Source: Chiloscyllium plagiosum (lineage: Eukaryota). From it: DNA of 64,000 nt. Under the pieces are notes generated by a model that was given only the letters and a program-made list of their open reading frames with translations, did no database searches and was not told the origin of the DNA. The stretch covers positions 94,535,205 to 94,599,204 of the forward strand of contig NC_057718.1 of the NCBI RefSeq assembly GCF_004010195.1, written 5' to 3'. Of the stretch, positions 38,420 through 51,334 are shown in pieces. Within the stretch, counting starts at the first letter, position 1, and every line of letters starts with the position of its first letter. A program made the position numbers and the translations under genes.

Positions 38420-41015
38420 GAATGGCACGTGGCTCAGTGGTTTACACTGCTAGGTGAAAGTGAGGACTGCAGATGCTGGAGATTAGTGTCAAGAGTGTGG
38501 TGCTGGAAAAGCACAGCAGGTCAGGCAGCATCTGAGGAGCAGGAGAGTTGAGGTCGCGGGCAAAAGCCCTTCATCAAATTAGCACTGCTGCCCCACTGTG
38601 CCAGGACCAGGGTTATAGAGACTCATAGAGATGTTCAGTATGGATCAGACCCTTTGGTCCAACTCGTCCATGCCGTCCAGATATCTCACCCCAATCTAGT
38701 CCCACCTGCCAGCACCCGGCCCATATCCCTCCAAACCCTTCCTATTCATATACCCATCCAGATGCCTTTTAAATGTTGCAATTGTACTAGTCTCCACAAT
38801 TTCCTCCTGCAGCTCATTCCATACACGTACCACCCTCTGCCTGAAAATGTTGCCCCTTAGGTCTCTTTTACATCTTTCTCCTCTCACCCTAAACCTTCGG
38901 CCTCTAGTTCTGGACTCCCCCACCCCAGGGAAAAGACCTTGTCCATTTATCCTATCCATGAACCTCATTATTTTATAAACCTCTATAAGGTCACCCCTCA
39001 GCCTCCGACGCTCCAGAGAAAACAGCCCTAGCCTAATCAACCTCTCCCTATAGCTCAAATCCTCCAATCCTGGCAAAATTCTAGTAAATCTTTTCTGAAG
39101 CCTTTCAAGTTTCACAACATCTTTCCAATAGGATGGAGACCAGAATTGCACGCAATATTCCAACAGTGGTCTAACCAATGTCCTGCACGGCCACAACATG
39201 ACCTCCCAGCTCTTGTACTCAATACTCTGACCAATAATGGAAAGCATACTAAACACCTTCACTATCATATCCACCTGTGAATTTACGTTCAAGGAGCTAT
39301 GAACCTGCACTCCAAGGTCTCTTTGTTCAGCAACACTCCCCAGGACCTTAACATTCAGTGTATAAGTCCTGCTCTAATTTACCTTTCCAAAATGCAGCAC
39401 CTCGCATTTATCTAAATTAAACTTCATCTGCCACTTCTCAGCCCATTGGCCCATCTGATAAAGATCCTGTTGTAATCTGAGGTAACCTTCTTCGCTGTCC
39501 ACTATACCTCCAATTTTGGTGTCATCTACAAACTTACTAACTGTACCTCTTATGCTCACATCCAAATCATTTATATAAATGACGAAAAGTAGTGACTCAG
39601 CACCGATCCTTGTGGCACTCCACTGGTCACAGACGTCCAGTCTGAAAAACAGCCCTCCACCACCGTCTTCGGCTTTTGAGCCATTTCTGTATTCAAATGG
39701 CTAGTTCTCTCTGTATTCCATGAGATCTAACCTTGCTAACCAGTCTCCCATGGGGAACCTTGCCGAATGCCTTACTAAGGTCCATAAAAATCATGTCTAC
39801 TGCACTGCCCTCATCAGTCTTCTTTGTTACTTTAAAAAACTCAATCAAGTTTGTGAGACATGATTTCCCATGCACAAAGCTATGTTGATTACCCCTAATC
39901 ATTTCTTGCCTTTCCAAATACATGTACATTCTGCCCCTCCAACAATTTGCCCATCACCGAGGTCAGGCTCACTGGTCTATAGTTCCCTGGCTTGTCCTTA
40001 CCACATTTCTTCAATAGTGGCACCACATTAACCAACCTCCAGTCTCTGGCACCTCACCTGTGACTATTGATGATACAAATACCTCAGCAAGAGGCCCAGC
40101 AATCACTTTCCTAGCTTCCCACAGAGTTCTAGGGTACATCTAATGAGGTGGTGGGGATTTATCCACTTTTATGCATTTCAAGACATCCAACACTTCTTCC
40201 TCTGTAACATGGACATTTTTCAAGATGTCACCATCTATTTCCCTACATTCTATATCTTCCATGTCCTTTTCTATAGTAAACACTGATGCAAAATACTCGT
40301 TTAGTATCTTCCCCATCTTCTGCGGCTCTACACAAAGGCAACATTACTGATCTTTGCGGGGCCCTATTCTCTCCCTAGTTACCCTTTTGTCCTTAATGCA
40401 TTTGTAAAAACCCATTGGATTCCCCTTAACTCTATTTGCTAAAGCTATCTCATGACCCCTTTTTGCCCTCCTGATTTCCCTCTTTAAGTATACTCCTACT
40501 GCCTTTATATTCTTCGAAGGATTCACTTGATCTATTCTGTCTATACCTGACTTATGCTTCCTTTTTCTGAACCAAACCCTCAATTTCTTTAGTCATCCAG
40601 CGTTCCCGACACATACCAGCCTTTCCTTTCACCCTAACAGGAATATACTGCTCCAAACTCTCATTATCTCATTTCTGAAGGCTTCCCATTTTCCAGCTGT
40701 CCCTTTACCTGCGAAAATCTGCCCCCAGTCAGCTTTTGAAAGTTCAATTCTACTCTTAGGTGACTGTCTGTGTGGAGTTTGTACATTCTTCCTGTGTTTG
40801 CGTGGGTTTCCTTCAGGCACTCCAGTTTCCTCCCACAGTCCAAAGATGTGCAGGTTAGATGGATTGGCATGCTAATTTGCCCATAGTGTCCAGGGATGTG
40901 CAGGCTAGGTGGATTAGCCATGGGAAATGCAGGATAATGGGGGTGGGGTGGGATGCTCTTTGGAATGGCAATGTGGGCTAAATGGCCTGCTTCCATAATG
41001 TAGGAATTCAATGAA
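38420..41015 (+). mobile_element. HE1 V-SINE split by a PLE-A terminal repeat (about 38452-38577, -) and a 2.1-kb CR1
   Basis: Head GGCTCAGTGG...GCACTGCTGCC..GTGCCAGGACCAGGGTT stops at about 38614 and resumes GTTCAATTC..GGTGACTGTCTGTGTGGAG at about 40742. Confidence 0.8.
38615..40741 (-). mobile_element. CR1 LINE about 2.1 kb, 5'-truncated, pseudogenised
   Basis: ORFs 38696-39310, 39374-39565 (FVDDTK), 39693-39929 and 40344-40583. Confidence 0.95.
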
Positions 41016-41092
41016 ATTGCTTTTATAATTACAGAATAGAAGAATAATTTATTGTCACTTGTGCTTTTTTAGGATAAAAATACAGTGAAAAA

Positions 41093-41580
41093 TGGATGTA
41101 GGTTTGCTTGCTGAGCTGGAAGGTTCATTTTCAGATGTTTCGTCACCATACTAGATAACATCATCAGTGAGCCTCTGAATGAAGCACTGGTGGCATGGCC
41201 CGCTTTCTATTTATGTGTTTAGGTGTCCTTGGGTTGGTGATGTCATTTCCTGTGGTGAGGTCATTTCCTATTCTTTTTCTCAGGGGTGATAAATGGGATC
41301 CAAGTCAATGTGTTTGTGGATAGAGTTCCATTTCTAGGAATTTTTGTGTGTGTCTCTGTTTGGCTTGTCCTAGGATGGATGTGTTGTCCCAGTCAAAGTG
41401 GTGTCCTTCCTCATCCGTATGTAAGGATAGTAGTGAGAGTGGGTCATGTCTTTTTGTGGCTAGTTGATGTTCATGTATCCTGGTGGCTAGTTTTCTACCT
41501 GTTTGTCCAATGTAGTGTTTGTTACAGTTCTTGCAAGGTATTTTGTAAATGACATCAGTTTTGCTTGTTGTCTGTATATA
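41093..41580 (-). mobile_element. Penelope/Poseidon-type PLE (family D) 3' fragment: GIY-YIG endonuclease plus terminal repeat
   Basis: ORF 41305-41583 VIYKIPCKNCNKHYIGQTGRKLATRIHEH...GHHFDWDNTSIL. Confidence 0.92.
41131..41170 (-). ncRNA. Minimal hammerhead motif (family D)
   Basis: tca-CTGATGA-t-gttatc(tagtat)ggtgac-GAAA-catc-tga; stem I tca/tga; helix III ACAT, probably CpG-decayed ACGT. Confidence 0.75.
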
Positions 41581-43347
41581 CATTAAAAAAAATTAAGACA
41601 TAGTTCATCCCGAGTTGAATTCATGGCTCCAGGCCTCCTGAGGTTGAGGAAATGCGACACACCACTAGAATGGTACTGATGTGACAAGTGATCATATCTG
41701 TGGCTTGAGTATCAGATACAACACAATACTTGAATGGGAAATGAATAGGAACACTATATTACGCAGGAAGGCATCCGATCTGGGTTGAAAAATCACATAG
41801 CATACGTAACAGCTATAGGGTGCAGCCTCCATTAACGTTTTGTTAGCCCTTTGCTAATGTTACATTGTGATCATGTGTGTTGTTCTTTCAACCAGAGGCG
41901 TGACAGAGACCAGCGAGTGGAAGAAGATGCTGGGAGGTTGCGAGGCAAGACGGGAATACATTTAAACTCATCCCATCAGGGAGAAAACTATGCAAAGTTT
42001 TGAGAACCTACTAATACCGCCTTTCACTCTGGCAAGTTGCAATCTTAAATTCCAGACACCAGTGCAGCCAGAACTCAGTAGGGTCCTTGTTCAAGCATCT
42101 AACTCAGGAGTCCCCATCAAATAATCCCAGTCGCTAGGGACTTCCCTAACATGGCAATTTTCCTGGGATCACATGAATCATGGCCAGATGAGGCTCATCA
42201 AGGTAATTTTGTTTAAATTGTTTGTAAATTCCTGCTTGACCAGAAGAATATTTTTCTCTCCTTTAGTCCCCTTTCCTCAACTGCAATTGCTTCCAATCAG
42301 CCCATGTCTTATCATCCCTGCTGGGAATATTGAATCAGTAAGATCCCAGGGTGAGACCTGGGTGGATAAACCAGAAGTATTACTTTCTTCTTTCTGTTAA
42401 CAGTGGAGGTCAGTCTCTGAATATATGCAGAAGAGGCTGTCAATGTACTTTCAACAAAGAACATAAACCTTCATTTCACAAAAGGCAAGAGAAGACATAT
42501 TTTTAACTTCACAAGAACACTTGGAATGAAGTTGTCATAGATATCAGATGGAAACTTTCAATTCTTTTCTTCCACCAGTAATTTTCCTGACAATCAAAAC
42601 CCTTACCTCTGTGCTGAAGCTCTTTATTCAGCTGTCATCTCTTTCCTCTTGGCAAAGTTCTGTGCATTCACTGAAAGCTGTTCTCCTCAATTTGCAACTC
42701 TCCCTGCGATATATAATCAAGCTGCTGACTCAGTTCACTATTACTGCCATACAAGGGTTCCTTAAAATCATATTCACAACAGCTTTGGACCATGTCTTGC
42801 CCTCTGATACTCCCACAACCTTCTACTTCTGGCGTTTTCTTCAAAGCAACACCGGACATCTTCCCAGTCCTGCTTTGACCGTTTTCTCTACCCTTCAACA
42901 TGTCTGCTGTTACAGACCTTTTCCCTCTGAATGAACCTGTGTTAGAACCTTACACACTCTCTCCTTCTGGGTTATAAAACACAAATCTCCTCAACAATTA
43001 TCTCCTGGTTATGGGGAGGTGGGGCGCTTGCTGGTCATTTTGTTAAAATTATACCCAGCCATCCAGCCAGCAACACCTATATCTGAAAAGCCAATTTAAA
43101 AAAAAAATGCTATTTCTTGGATGTGCTTTCTCTAGCTCATGGTTCAAACTGGCTTTCTGAAATTTTGTTTTTAAAATAACACATCAGACATTTGCAGAAC
43201 TGAAAACTAATATCCCTTTGTCCTCCACGTTAGAACCTAAGTCTCCAAATAGTAATAAATTGAGCCTTCATTGTACTCACCGCATTGATAGCTTTATATC
43301 AGAGAGCTGTTCTTTCTGATCTCTGGTAGCAGTCACCAATCACTGAA

Positions 43348-43512
43348 ATAGAACATAGAACATAGAAAAGTACAGCTCAGAACAGGCCCTTTGGCCCATG
43401 ATGTTGCGCCGAGGGTTAATCCTAATGTAAAATAAAATAACTTAACCTGCGCAGCACTCAACTCACTGCTATCCATGTGCATGTCCATCAGTTGCTTAAA
43501 TGCCCCTAATGT
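43348..43512 (-). mobile_element. CR1 3' UTR fragment
   Basis: (CATAGAA)n tail and CAGGCCCTTTGGCCC hairpin. Confidence 0.85.
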
Positions 43513-43519
43513 GTGAATA

Positions 43520-43606
43520 GATGTCATACACCTCTGAAGCAAGTGGGACTTGAACCCAGGACTCCTGGTCCAGGAGGAGAGACACAATCACTGTGTCACA
43601 AGAGGG
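43520..43606 (-). mobile_element. Short tRNA-derived SINE head
   Basis: Minus strand GTGACACAGTGA..GTGTC (A-box-like) and GGGTTCAAGTCCC (B box). Confidence 0.5.
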
Positions 43607-43626
43607 CCCCAAAACAGCGAAAACTC

Positions 43627-43701
43627 CATCCCTGGGTGGTCTCAAACCACCAACCTTTTCGGTTAACAGCTAAACACGCTGACTAGTTACAGCACAGAGA
43701 C
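43627..43701 (-). pseudogene. tRNA-Asn(GTT) pseudogene
   Basis: Minus strand GTCTCTGTGCTGTAACTAGTCAGCGTGTTTAGCTGTTAACCGAAAAGGTTGGTGGTTTGAGACCACCCAGGGATG aligns end to end with vertebrate tRNA-Asn-GTT; T-loop TTC>TTT and D-arm changes; TTTT 3 nt downstream. Confidence 0.88.
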
Positions 43702-44059
43702 TGGCAAAAGTCTTTTAAGTAATCAAACAGGGGGATGTGTAAGATTTTGATCATTAAACATCACTGACAACCAACTCTGCCATGGTATGAAATTCAGGGA
43801 GATTATCTGCAATTGAAGTCAGACTGAGGTCAGACCCAAGTACGCCTTTCTTTAACTAGGCTGCATACCTGCCCATGGAGTTAAAATTGACCCTGAAAGA
43901 CAGACAGTGAAAATCCCAGTTAAGCAAAAATTGTTGTGTTGAATTTGATTTGCTGGGACCTCATTTGAAGAAATCCACTAAGGGAAAGAAAATAGATCCA
44001 TCTCTTCCTACGAATGTCTTTCTATTGGGAGTTTTAATTGCCTGGTAAAGGATCACCAT

Positions 44060-44800
44060 AGTGACATTTGTATCACATAAATACCAGGCAATGACCATCA
44101 CCGATAAGATAACCTAACCACCGCCCTTGATATTCAATGGCATTAATATCAATAATCCCTCACTATCAACATCCTATTGTTACCACTGACCAGAAACTGA
44201 ACTGGACTCGCATGTGACTATCAATGAAGTGGCTACAAGAACAGGTCAGGGGATAGGAATCTTACAGTGAGTAACTCACCTCATGACTCCCCAAAGCCTG
44301 TCCACCATCTACGAGGCCCAAGTCAAGAGTGTGATGGAATACTCTCCAATTGCCTTGATGGATGCAGCTCCATCATCATTCAAATGATGCACTCATGACA
44401 CCATCAGGACAAAGCAGCCCACTTGATTTGAATCACACACACAAATATTTCCCCCTTCCATCATTGACCCTCAATAGCAGCAGTATGTACCATCTGCAGT
44501 ATGCACTGCAGAAATTCACGAAGGCTCCTTTGATAGCACCTTCCAAACCCTTGACCACTTCTATCGAGAAGGTCAAGGGCAGCAGAGACAAGGAACACCA
44601 TCAATGTGAGTTCACATTTTGTCATTCACACACCTGACTATGTTGTGTTGTTGGGTTGAAATCCTGCAAATTCTTCAGTAATTATCATTGGTCGACCAAC
44701 TGCAGTTCATCACCAACTTCTCAAGGGCAGCTACGGATAAGCTGTAAAATGCTAGCCCAGCCAGTGATGCTCACATCCCATGAGTGAACAAAACAAAATT
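44060..44800 (+). mobile_element. CR1-group (L2/Crack-like) LINE 3' fragment
   Basis: DQKLNWT..ATRTGQGIGIL..VTHLMTPQSLSTIYEAQVKSVMEYSP; 3' UTR ending CACATCCCATGAGTGAAC-A-rich. Confidence 0.8.
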
Positions 44801-45414
44801 GCCATTTATCTCAAAGGGCTTTCTCTGTCAATATAATTGGGCTGAAACTTAGCGGGAGAGGGAACAGAACAGCTTTTTTATTAAATGTATTCTGAAATAA
44901 TAAAAGTAGAAAATAATTTGCTATAAAAGGGAAAATCACAAGTATTGAAGAAAATGAAAAAGAAAATTGACGTGCATTCAGAAAGATAAAGATAAATTGA
45001 TGGCTGAACTAATCACTGGTAGGAGTGAATGAAATGGTATAATTGAACCTGCAGCTTTACTTTATTGCATCATCCTTAGCGATGGTTTTAATGGCATTGG
45101 AAAAGATTCAACTCTATTCTCGTACAAATGTGTTTGAACCACAATCCCCCTTTGGCAAAATTACAGAAAAAAATGTTCCGAACATAGATGTCATGCTGCC
45201 TCTTCCTAATAGATGTGAAATGGCTGATTCTCATTAGATAAGGTATCACACATAAGACTACTTAATCAAATAAGGGAGCCTATGGTCTGCCGAATAGTTT
45301 ATTAATGTGAATAAAGGCTTGGCTAACGAATAGGAGAGTTATGATAAGGGCTATTTCTAGATGGTACTTGGTATGCTGCCACTTTGATCAGTGATGGGGC
45401 TAGAATTTCTTGGC

Positions 45415-45890
45415 AATCCAGAGGAGGCTCACTCAGTTGATCCCAGGTATGGAGGGATTTGTTTATTGAGGAGAGGTTGAGTAGATTGGGCTTGCCCTCG
45501 TTGGCGTTTAGAAGACTGAGAGACGACTTTATTGAAGCATGTGAGAATCTTAGGGAGCTTGACAGGTTGGGCGCAGAGAGGTTGATTCCCTCTCATGGAA
45601 GAGTCTAGGAGCAGAGGACATCTTAGAGAAAGGGGAATCACATTGAAGACACAAATAAAGGGGAATTTTGTCTCTCCGAGGGAAGTGAAACTTTGGAATT
45701 CTATACCTCAGAGGTCTGCCAAGGTGAGGTCTTTAAATATTTAAGGCCAAGATAGACATTTCAAATCAGAAAGGTAATCAAGGGTTATGGGGAAAAGACA
45801 AGACAGTGGAGTCGAGGATGACTAGATCAGCCACAATTTCAATGAATGGCAAAGTAGACTCAATGTTCCAATGGTATACTTCTGGTCTAA
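45415..45890 (+). mobile_element. Old CR1 3' fragment
   Basis: IPGMEG..ERLSRLGL..LAFRRLRDDFIE..LRELDR; CR1 UTR. Confidence 0.82.
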
Positions 45891-45895
45891 CATGC

Positions 45896-46560
45896 ATCCA
45901 TGTAAGCCACCAAAGAATTAAATCAGGTTTGAGGAAGGCAATAGATCTGCCCTAACGGTCAAACATAACCAACAAAATCAGGACAGTATCAGCCAGTGAA
46001 GTGCAATTAACAAGTACCCAGCTAACCAAGCCAGTGAGCCATTGATGACTCCCAGACAGACCATGGATGAAGTTGGGTATTTTTGGACTTGAGAGAATTG
46101 ACTATCACATCACAGTAGACTACTATTCTGGCTAGTGGGAGAAGGACCAGCTGAATTCAGTGGATTGTCAAATGCCCAGAAGCACAATTCAGCCGTTATG
46201 GCCTGCCCGACCTTTCAGGAGTCACAGTGGCCCTCAATTCATGAGTGAAGAATGCAGCTGCTTGATAAGAAAAATTGGGGAAGCCAACACAACATATCAT
46301 CTCCACACAGTACTCAGTAAAACGAGCTGAGGCAGCAATGAAAATCATCAAAGGAGCCACAAAGACATTGAGAAAATCCTGCACAGATGTATATGAGGCA
46401 ATTTTTGAGCAGAAGAGCACACATACTGAAGAATTGGGAAGTAAATCAGCACAGACACCAATGTCATGTCACACACAAACTAATCTTTCAGTAGCAAAGA
46501 AGTTACTGAAGTCAGTAGTAGGATAAAGTGTATGACAAAATCAAGGTGGAATACTAGAAC
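45896..46560 (+). mobile_element. Ty3/Gypsy integrase fragment (decayed)
   Basis: IHVSHQRI (HHCC start), PDRPW, ITVDYYSG*WE, QFSRYGLPD, SHSGPQFMSEE (cf. SDNGPQF), RAEAAMKIIK, SAQTPMS; frameshifts and stops. Confidence 0.85.
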
Positions 46561-46583
46561 GCCAAAATTTAATCAAATCCCTT

Positions 46584-46848
46584 CATGTGGCAGCAGGCCA
46601 TTCAGTCCATCAAGTCCACACCAACCCTCCAAAGACCATCCCAACCAGACCCTGCCCCCCCATATTTTCCATGACTACCAAGCCTGCACATATTTGGACT
46701 GTGGGAGGAAACCAGAGCACTCAGAGGAAATCCATGCAGACACAGGGAGAATGTGCAAACTCCACACACACAGTCGCCCGAGGTTGGAATTGAACCCAGA
46801 TCCTTGATGTTGTGAGGCAGCAGTGCTAGCCACTGAGTCACCATGCCA
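46584..46848 (-). mobile_element. HE1 V-SINE
   Basis: Minus-strand tRNA head and V-domain (plus strand GGACTGTGGGAGGAAACCAGAGCAC). Confidence 0.9.
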
Positions 46849-49149
46849 TCTTGACAAGATTACCCGACCATGATCAGCAAACATTCTTATCGGGAAAAGA
46901 CAAATTAACATTTCTGATTTTTTTTATTCATCAGAACCATAATTCTTCAAGATGTAGGAGTATCATTGCAGCAATGCAGGTTACTTATTAACATATTGTG
47001 TGCTTCAACCCAACTAATTTTCAAAGGCTGAATTACAAATCGTTACTTTGATTGACTGCAACTTTCTTAGGACGTCCCTCTTCTGCCATTATTTCCACAT
47101 TGTTAAATATTATCTTGGCCCCAGGGGTGATCAATGGCTGAATTAAGTTCAAGGTACCTCTGGATTTATGACCCAATGAATTGTGTTAACAGATGCCGAC
47201 TTCCACATTAAATAAAGTTGGTTCACTTCTCACATTTCCCTCTCTCCGGGATTGCTGCATGTCGATGCAAGGGGTATTTTCAGATTTCCTGATCTTGACC
47301 AAATCTTTAGCTGCTGCAATTTTCATTGGGTAACAAGATGGCTGTGAAAACCTTCAGTCTGCCAAACACAGTCTTTCAACTGGGACAGTTTGGGTAAACT
47401 TAGGCCTTAAGTCATGTTACTTGTGATCTGAAGCAGGGCATCAAAGTACGAATGATTAAAGGAATTGTCCAGTTATATTCAAACACTTAAGGCATTTACT
47501 TGTCCTTATTACATCAACTAGATAGATTCCACCAAAATTTATTGACTGCTTTCAGAAACATATGTTGTACAAAAGACATGTGAATGCATAGGACCTTTAT
47601 AAGCCAATTTGAAAGGTAATTAATTAATCATTGCTTGGTATTTGGTAAATTGTTTAATGGTTTGCAAAAATCAGTCAATACAGCCCTAATATTATGCTCT
47701 GAAATTCCTTGGTGTTTGATCTTTGCTTTGTTGTTGTCCATAATCCATTTAAAGCCTGAGTATCATTGCATTTTAAGACGTGAGGGAAAATTTTAACTCC
47801 CTCCAGCCAACGAAAACAGGGCGGAAGGAAGGTTCAAACTCCAGACTATTTTATGCCCTGTTAATATATCAAGGCCATTGGCTTTTTGCGTAGTCACCCA
47901 GCTCTATATTCCAATCAATGTCCCATACGTTAGGCAGGACTTCGATGTTATATCAATTATCGAGTGGATCAATTGTTGGAGGTGAGCATTTAGCAGAAGG
48001 CTCTAAAGTAAATATAAAACTTAAGATTTTTGTTTTTGTTGAAATCTATTCTTTGTATCTAAAATGGTTGTTTTGATTTTGTTTCTAAGATGGTTGTTTC
48101 TGTTAATCTCGGTTTTTTTACACTTAATATGATGGCAGAAAATGGTGACTTTGTACACTTTTCACTGTATCCCTGTACACGTACCCGTGACAATAAAACT
48201 TAATTCTATTGCTAATTCTCTCAGTTACATAGGCCTCAGGCAATATCCCTTTTGAATATGTCAATCACTGTTCCCTTCCCCCACTTTCACCCCATTCTCC
48301 CATAATTCCCATTCCCAGCCTGGTGGCCCCTGGGATGTCCAATCTTACAAAACCCCAAAATCCAGAAAATTGTCTGGATACTGTTTGGAGGGAAATTTTA
48401 ATGACATTTCTTCAAGAAAGGGAACGGCCCTCACACCTCAAACTCCACAAAGAGATCACATTGCTGTTGGAAATGGAAATGGAAATCAAATTTCTACTTT
48501 AAATAAAGCGAGTGAGTTGAAGCCACTGTATAAATCTCAAACAATGATCTAATCCAGTTTGTGTCTAAGGGCAGAGACATATTAATGGAAGATTGTTTAA
48601 TACAGTACATGTTTGGGTTACAACTGGGAGTGGAGACCGTCATTAACTTGTTTTTGGTTGAGGATAATCAAAGAATGATTTTCTCCTTGAAAAGAGTATA
48701 GATCAGTTCCGGGAATATATTGCTTCTAGGTTAGGAGTATCTGGTTAAATTTTGTTTAGTAGTAACATCAGCTGGATCACAAAAGCAGATAAGATGGACC
48801 TAATGGCCTCCATCATTATGCTTTCTCATTCTAAGGTGCTGATGATTAGCAGGCAAGTGGGGCTTGGGTGGTGCAGGCCAAGGTGGTTGAAGACGGGCAA
48901 AACAAACTGACAGGACATACTTTGTTAGATCAATCTCTGATTAAATGAATGGCCTGTCTGGCAGGGAGGGGAGACACTGTGAGTATAAGAAGGCTAAAGA
49001 TAGGGGAGCTTCTAAATGGTCCTTGGCAATTGTGAATGGGGGGCAGAGACCTATGATCAAGAAGGCTGGAGCAAGTTGGTTGGAGGTAGATGAGTGATCA
49101 GGGCTCAGAGGAGGGGTGGGGAGGGGAGGCATATAGGCTTACTGAATTG

Positions 49150-49610
49150 TTTCACTTCTTTTTATTAAGGTTTGGAATGTGGCAGGGCCAGCATATAGTG
49201 TCCAACCCCAATTCCCCTTTGGAAGGTGATTGTGAACCACCTTTTTGAAGTACCTTGTGGAGTAGGGGTAGCCACAGTGGTATTAAGGGAGGAAGTCCCA
49301 GGACTTTGACCCAGTGACAGTGAAGGGATGGTGATATATTTGATTCCTGATGAAGGTCTTTTGTTCGAAACGTCGATTTTCCTGCTCCTCGGATGCTGCC
49401 TAACCTGCTGTGCTTTTCCAGCACCACTCTAATCTAGACTATGATCTCCAGCATCTGCAGTCCTCACTTTCACCCATCTGATATATTTCCAAGTCAGGAT
49501 GGTGAGTGGGTTGGAGGGGAACGTGCAGATGGTGTGTTCTAATGTATCTGCTAACCTTGTCCCTCTTGGTAGAGATCTGGAAGGTGCTGTCTATGGAGCT
49601 AATAACGAGA
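49150..49610 (-). mobile_element. CR1-group (L2/Crack-like) LINE 3' end containing a PLE-A insertion
   Basis: Same tail family as 44490-44800; PLE at 49342-49478 flanked by TGATATATTT duplication. Confidence 0.75.
49343..49378 (+). ncRNA. Minimal hammerhead motif (family A), core and ACGT palindrome intact, stem II weakened
   Basis: attc-CTGATGA-a-ggtc(tttt)gttc-GAAA-cgtc-gatt; GUC cleavage triplet. Confidence 0.72.
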
Positions 49611-49739
49611 TGCAAATACTTAGAAACAAGGCAGTCACTCCTCAATAGTGAGATTCAGAACTTGAGGTTAAAACTGGAAAAGCTTTCTTTGTGACATCAG
49701 TTTGGTGATGTTTCCATCCATCGGTTTCCCTTCTTATGA

Positions 49740-50620
49740 ATTCATAGCCATAGAGTCAAACAGCACGGATGATCCTTTGGTTCAGCCAGTCCACACTGAC
49801 CATGTTAGAACATAGAACATAGAACATAGAAAAATACAGTGCAGTACAGGCCCTTTGGCCCTCGGTGTTGCGCCGATCCAAGCCCACCTAACCTACACTA
49901 GCCCACTATCCTCCATATGCCTATCCAATGCCCGTTTAAATGCCCATAAAGAGGGAGAGTCCACCACTGCTACTGGCATGGCATTCCGTGAACTCACGAC
50001 TCACTGAGTAAAGAATCTACCCCTAACATCTGTCCTATACCTACCACCCCTTAATTTAAAGCTATGCCCCTCGTAATAGCTGACTCCATACGTGGAAAAA
50101 GGTTCTCATGGTCAACCCTATCTAAACCCCAATCATCTTCTACACCTCTATCAAGTCACTCCGAAACCTTCTTTTCTCCAATGAAAACAGCCCCAAGTAC
50201 CTCAGACTTTCCTCATACGATCTTCCTACCGTACCAGGCAACATCCTGGTAAACCTCATCTGCACCCGTTCCAGTGCCTCCACATCCTTCCTATAGTATG
50301 GCGACCAAAACTGCACACAATACTCCAGATGCGGACGCACCAGAGTCTTATACAACTGCATCATGACCTCAGGAACTCAATTCCTCTACCAATAAAAGCC
50401 AAAAATTCCCATGATTATCCCTATTCCTTTTTTTTCTGAACAAGGAAATGGCATTTCCCACCTCCACACATCTGGCACCGTTGCAGTTGACAGTGAGGAA
50501 ACAAAGATAATTGAGAAAGGCGCAGCAATCTCTTTCCTCACTTCCTGTAGTAATCTATAGAAATCTGCACTGTGACCGAAATTGACCGGGGGATTTATCT
50601 ATCGTTATATTTGTACTTCA
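49740..50620 (-). mobile_element. Nested CR1 fragments
   Basis: ORF 50140-50364 [19 protein letters not shown]; (CATAGAA)n tail at about 49806. Confidence 0.9.
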
Positions 50621-50774
50621 CCTCCATTTGTTTACTCCATAATCTCTATTCAAGCAACTGATAAACTGCTTTCCATTTCACTGCTATATACAGTGCTGCC
50701 TTCCTTGAACAAGTATCTTTCCCAATCCCATTGAATCATGAAATGGAAAATAGTGGGAAGACACGAATGCTTTA

Positions 50775-51332
50775 TGATGAAGGCTTATTCCTAAGGCGCT
50801 AAGAATTGTTCTCCTTGGATGCTGCCTGGCCTGACGTGCTTTTCCAGAGCCATAGATGTCGACTCGGACTCTCCAGCAAATGCAGACTGCACTTTGTCCA
50901 TTGCTGAGGGATGAGTCGAAGAGTGTGGTGCTGGGAAAGCACTGCTGGTCAGGCAGCCTCTGAAGAGCAGAAGAATCGATGTTTCAAGCACAAGCTCTTC
51001 AACATGAATTAGGCTTGAGGCTCAAGGGGGCACGAGATAAGTAGGTTGGGCAGAAGATAGCTAGAAATGCGAAAGATAGATGACAGTGGGGAGAAGGTGA
51101 TCAGTTGTTGAGAAGAGTAGAGCTTATATGTGAGAAGAAAGAGAGACAGGGAGGGCAGTTCTTCGATAGGGCATTGCTGAGTTAGAGGGTTGGATTTCGG
51201 ACAATATGATGGGTGGTGAAATGAGAAAGCTAATGAAATCCACATTGATGACATATGGTTGGAGAGGTTAAGGTGGAAGATGAGGCGTTCTTCCACCAAG
51301 TGTCAGGTGTTTAGGTTTTGGTGGTGGAGAAG
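50775..51332. mobile_element. Two PLE-A termini tail to tail; the minus copy carries a GIY-YIG C-terminus
   Basis: ORF 51009-51299 VEERLIFHL; inverted terminal-repeat arms at about 50805-50900 and 50910-51000. Confidence 0.75.
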
Positions 51333-51334
51333 GC

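Noticed and set aside
41881..42002. Possible exon after TTCTTTCAACCAG with several CpGs
   Set aside because: No convincing donor site, short frames and no recognisable peptide.
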